The notes under the pieces: model-generated
The model's database searches: none
What the model was told of the DNA's origin: nothing
The model's input: only the letters and a program-made list of their open reading frames with translations
Translations under genes and position numbers: made by a program
Assembly: GCA_043228905.1 (NCBI GenBank)
Contig: JBHGNT010000015.1
Coordinates: 16,802,001 to 16,866,000 of the forward strand
DNA length: 64,000 bases
Direction of reading: 5' to 3'
Source: Azolla caroliniana
Taxonomy: Eukaryota; Plantae; Polypodiophyta
Shown: one piece after another, positions 61,805-64,000 of the stretch
Position numbering within the stretch: position 1 is the stretch's first letter
Layout of the letters: every line of letters starts with the position of its first letter

Positions 61805-61999
61805 ATGCATTATCAATGTTCACGTTGTTGGTATATTTTTATAGTTGTAGAGAAAAAGGACTTTCAACAAACGATAATTATCTTATTATATACCACATAA
61901 TAAATGAGAGTTGAAATGTGCCTTTATATGGAATTGAGTTCCAAGTGCACATGCAACATTCGTAATGCTATTTGCCCCATAAAACTCCTAATAGATTTT

Positions 62000-63300
62000 A
62001 TTTTTTTGTATGATATTTAATATAGACAAGTTTTTATGCTTGAATAGTATAGTTGATGACTTATAATAAAGTGATATTTTGTTCAATTAAGGGGAAACTC
62101 TCATTTAATCACAATACTTGTAAGCTTGATCAACATCCCCTCTTGGGCACATCTTTACATTATGAAGTTTACCTGCCTTTTCTATAATGTGAATAACGTG
62201 CAATTTAGAAGATTTTTGTGAGGATGTTTGCAAATTCGTCTTCAAAATGTTATACTTCAACCGTACAATCACTTTTCACAACCATAATGACAATAGCCTT
62301 CTATATGTGTGGCCTTAGCATGAAAAGTTATATTTTTCTCCAACATTATTGAGCTTGTATTATATCCCAATATTTGAATGGCATTTGAACAAGAACTCTA
62401 AGGTCTTTTGACAATATATCCATCCACGCAATCGATAGGATGCTCGTACAAAAACATTGTATTCAAATTATATTTAGTTTAAAGTAATAGTCGATTATTT
62501 CCTTTACATTATTGCATAACTAAACCAACACACAATTCCACTTCCCCTTCTATTTATGCTTTTTCTTCTATCCAACTATTGTAATGATCTTCACTCCGAT
62601 GATACATTTGATGCATACATAGAAACTATGCATATTAGTTGTCCTTTGAACAATATATTAACCATGAGTATCTCTTATCACGATTTGTGGTTGATAAGTA
62701 CCTCAAATAAATATTGATCTTGAAAATCATCTACATTTATCTTTTCTTTGCATGATTGATTATCCTTCATACCAAAATCAGACCCAACATGTTTCTCTCA
62801 TTATTCTTAGTTGCACATTAAACATCCCATTGAACCAAAACCAAAGTATCCCACAATTCCTGCATTTTAAAGTGTAACAAATCCCTTGTACATTCCATGT
62901 TGTCGCCTTTGCTCGTTATTAATCTCTTGAGAACTCAACTTGTCCCTCTCTCTACTCATGCATTTTTAAGTGTAACAAATCCCTTGTACATTCCATGTTG
63001 TCGCCTTCGCTCATTATTAATCTCTTGAGATCTCAACTAATGATGTTGTTGCTAATTCTAAGAACAAATTCCCCAAAATCACATAATAACTAAATAGAAA
63101 ATTTGTTGAATGTTGTATTTGTATTTGTTTATCGTAAGGCAAACATATCCTCCGTTGTTGGTGAAAAGATGACTTCATTAAGGAAGGTATTTAGATGCCT
63201 GAATGTAGAATCCACTAAATGGTTTTGTTTCTCTCTTTTACACTCTACTCAAACACCTAAATAAAATTGCGTTGCATATATTATTGGTACCCATAACCTT
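62000..63300 (-). mobile_element. Highly degenerate Ty1/Copia remnant
   Basis: Minus-strand translations FHAKATHIEGYCHYGCEK and DEFANILTK (RNase H-like); PPT aagagggga followed by TGTTGA at ~62130-62145. Confidence 0.6.
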
Positions 63301-64000
63301 TGCTCATCCATGAACTCATTACCTTTCCCCCTTTTCCTTGATGATAACTTGATTGTCCCGCCTCCATATCCTTCTTCTAAACGTCCAAATATCCCATTTT
63401 TAATACATTGTATTGTTTCTATTGATGCATCGATTATTACACTACCATTTCAAGTGGAGGATTGTCGATGCTTATCACCTTGTGCAAACATCCACCATAA
63501 TTTGACCCAGTTCACCACATTGAAAGTATTGTCATGTAAACATACCCCATTTAAAGCAAATATATGTATGATGCATCCCAAATGGACATATCCTTGACGA
63601 AGTACGTTGTTATCTTCCAATATTCTAAAGAATACATATCCAATCTCGAATTCATGTGTTCAAGGCACCAAAAATCTCTCTGACCTACCCATTGTCAACT
63701 TTTACAATCATGTGATTGAGATGTCACATTTTATTTCCACCACACATGACATTCTCACTTAGAGGTTTCTTAATACTCTGGTAAAGTCATAAAGGGCATC
63801 ACATTTACAATACTTCTCTCAAATAACAAAAACAATTGGTTGATTAGCTCATCTCTTTGTTCATGGGACATTGAAAGCACCTCAAAAACTCTATGAGAAG
63901 TAGCATAAATGTCCTAAACACTAGCTTCTAACAAGTCTTTATGCAACTATTGTTTAACCCAATAAGGCGATGATATGTCTACACATTAAAACAATATCAT

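Overview
Eukaryotic nuclear DNA from a land plant, most likely a fern (inference from a flagellar IFT56 gene, a PLS-class PPR gene and plant TE families). It holds seven apparently intact minus-strand genes: an EC1/prolamin-like secreted Cys-rich protein, two tandem secreted Gly/Pro-rich paralogs, a PLS-E PPR protein, an 8-exon DnaJ (ATJ6/DNAJC9-like), an ~11-exon IFT56/TTC26 and a mitochondrial-type GrpE. These are interspersed with LINE, Copia and Gypsy remnants, three hAT-type MITEs with 8-bp TSDs and a plastid petA fragment. Most notable: (1) a long-TIR MULE and the left end of a second related element, both inserted in the same (TGTATG)n microsatellite just upstream of GrpE, suggesting microsatellite targeting; (2) minisatellites built from a splice acceptor, a splice donor and a start-codon context; (3) an inverted GrpE pseudo-copy with templated filler at a tandem-duplication junction. 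All exon boundaries and alignments were read by eye, with no database searches.
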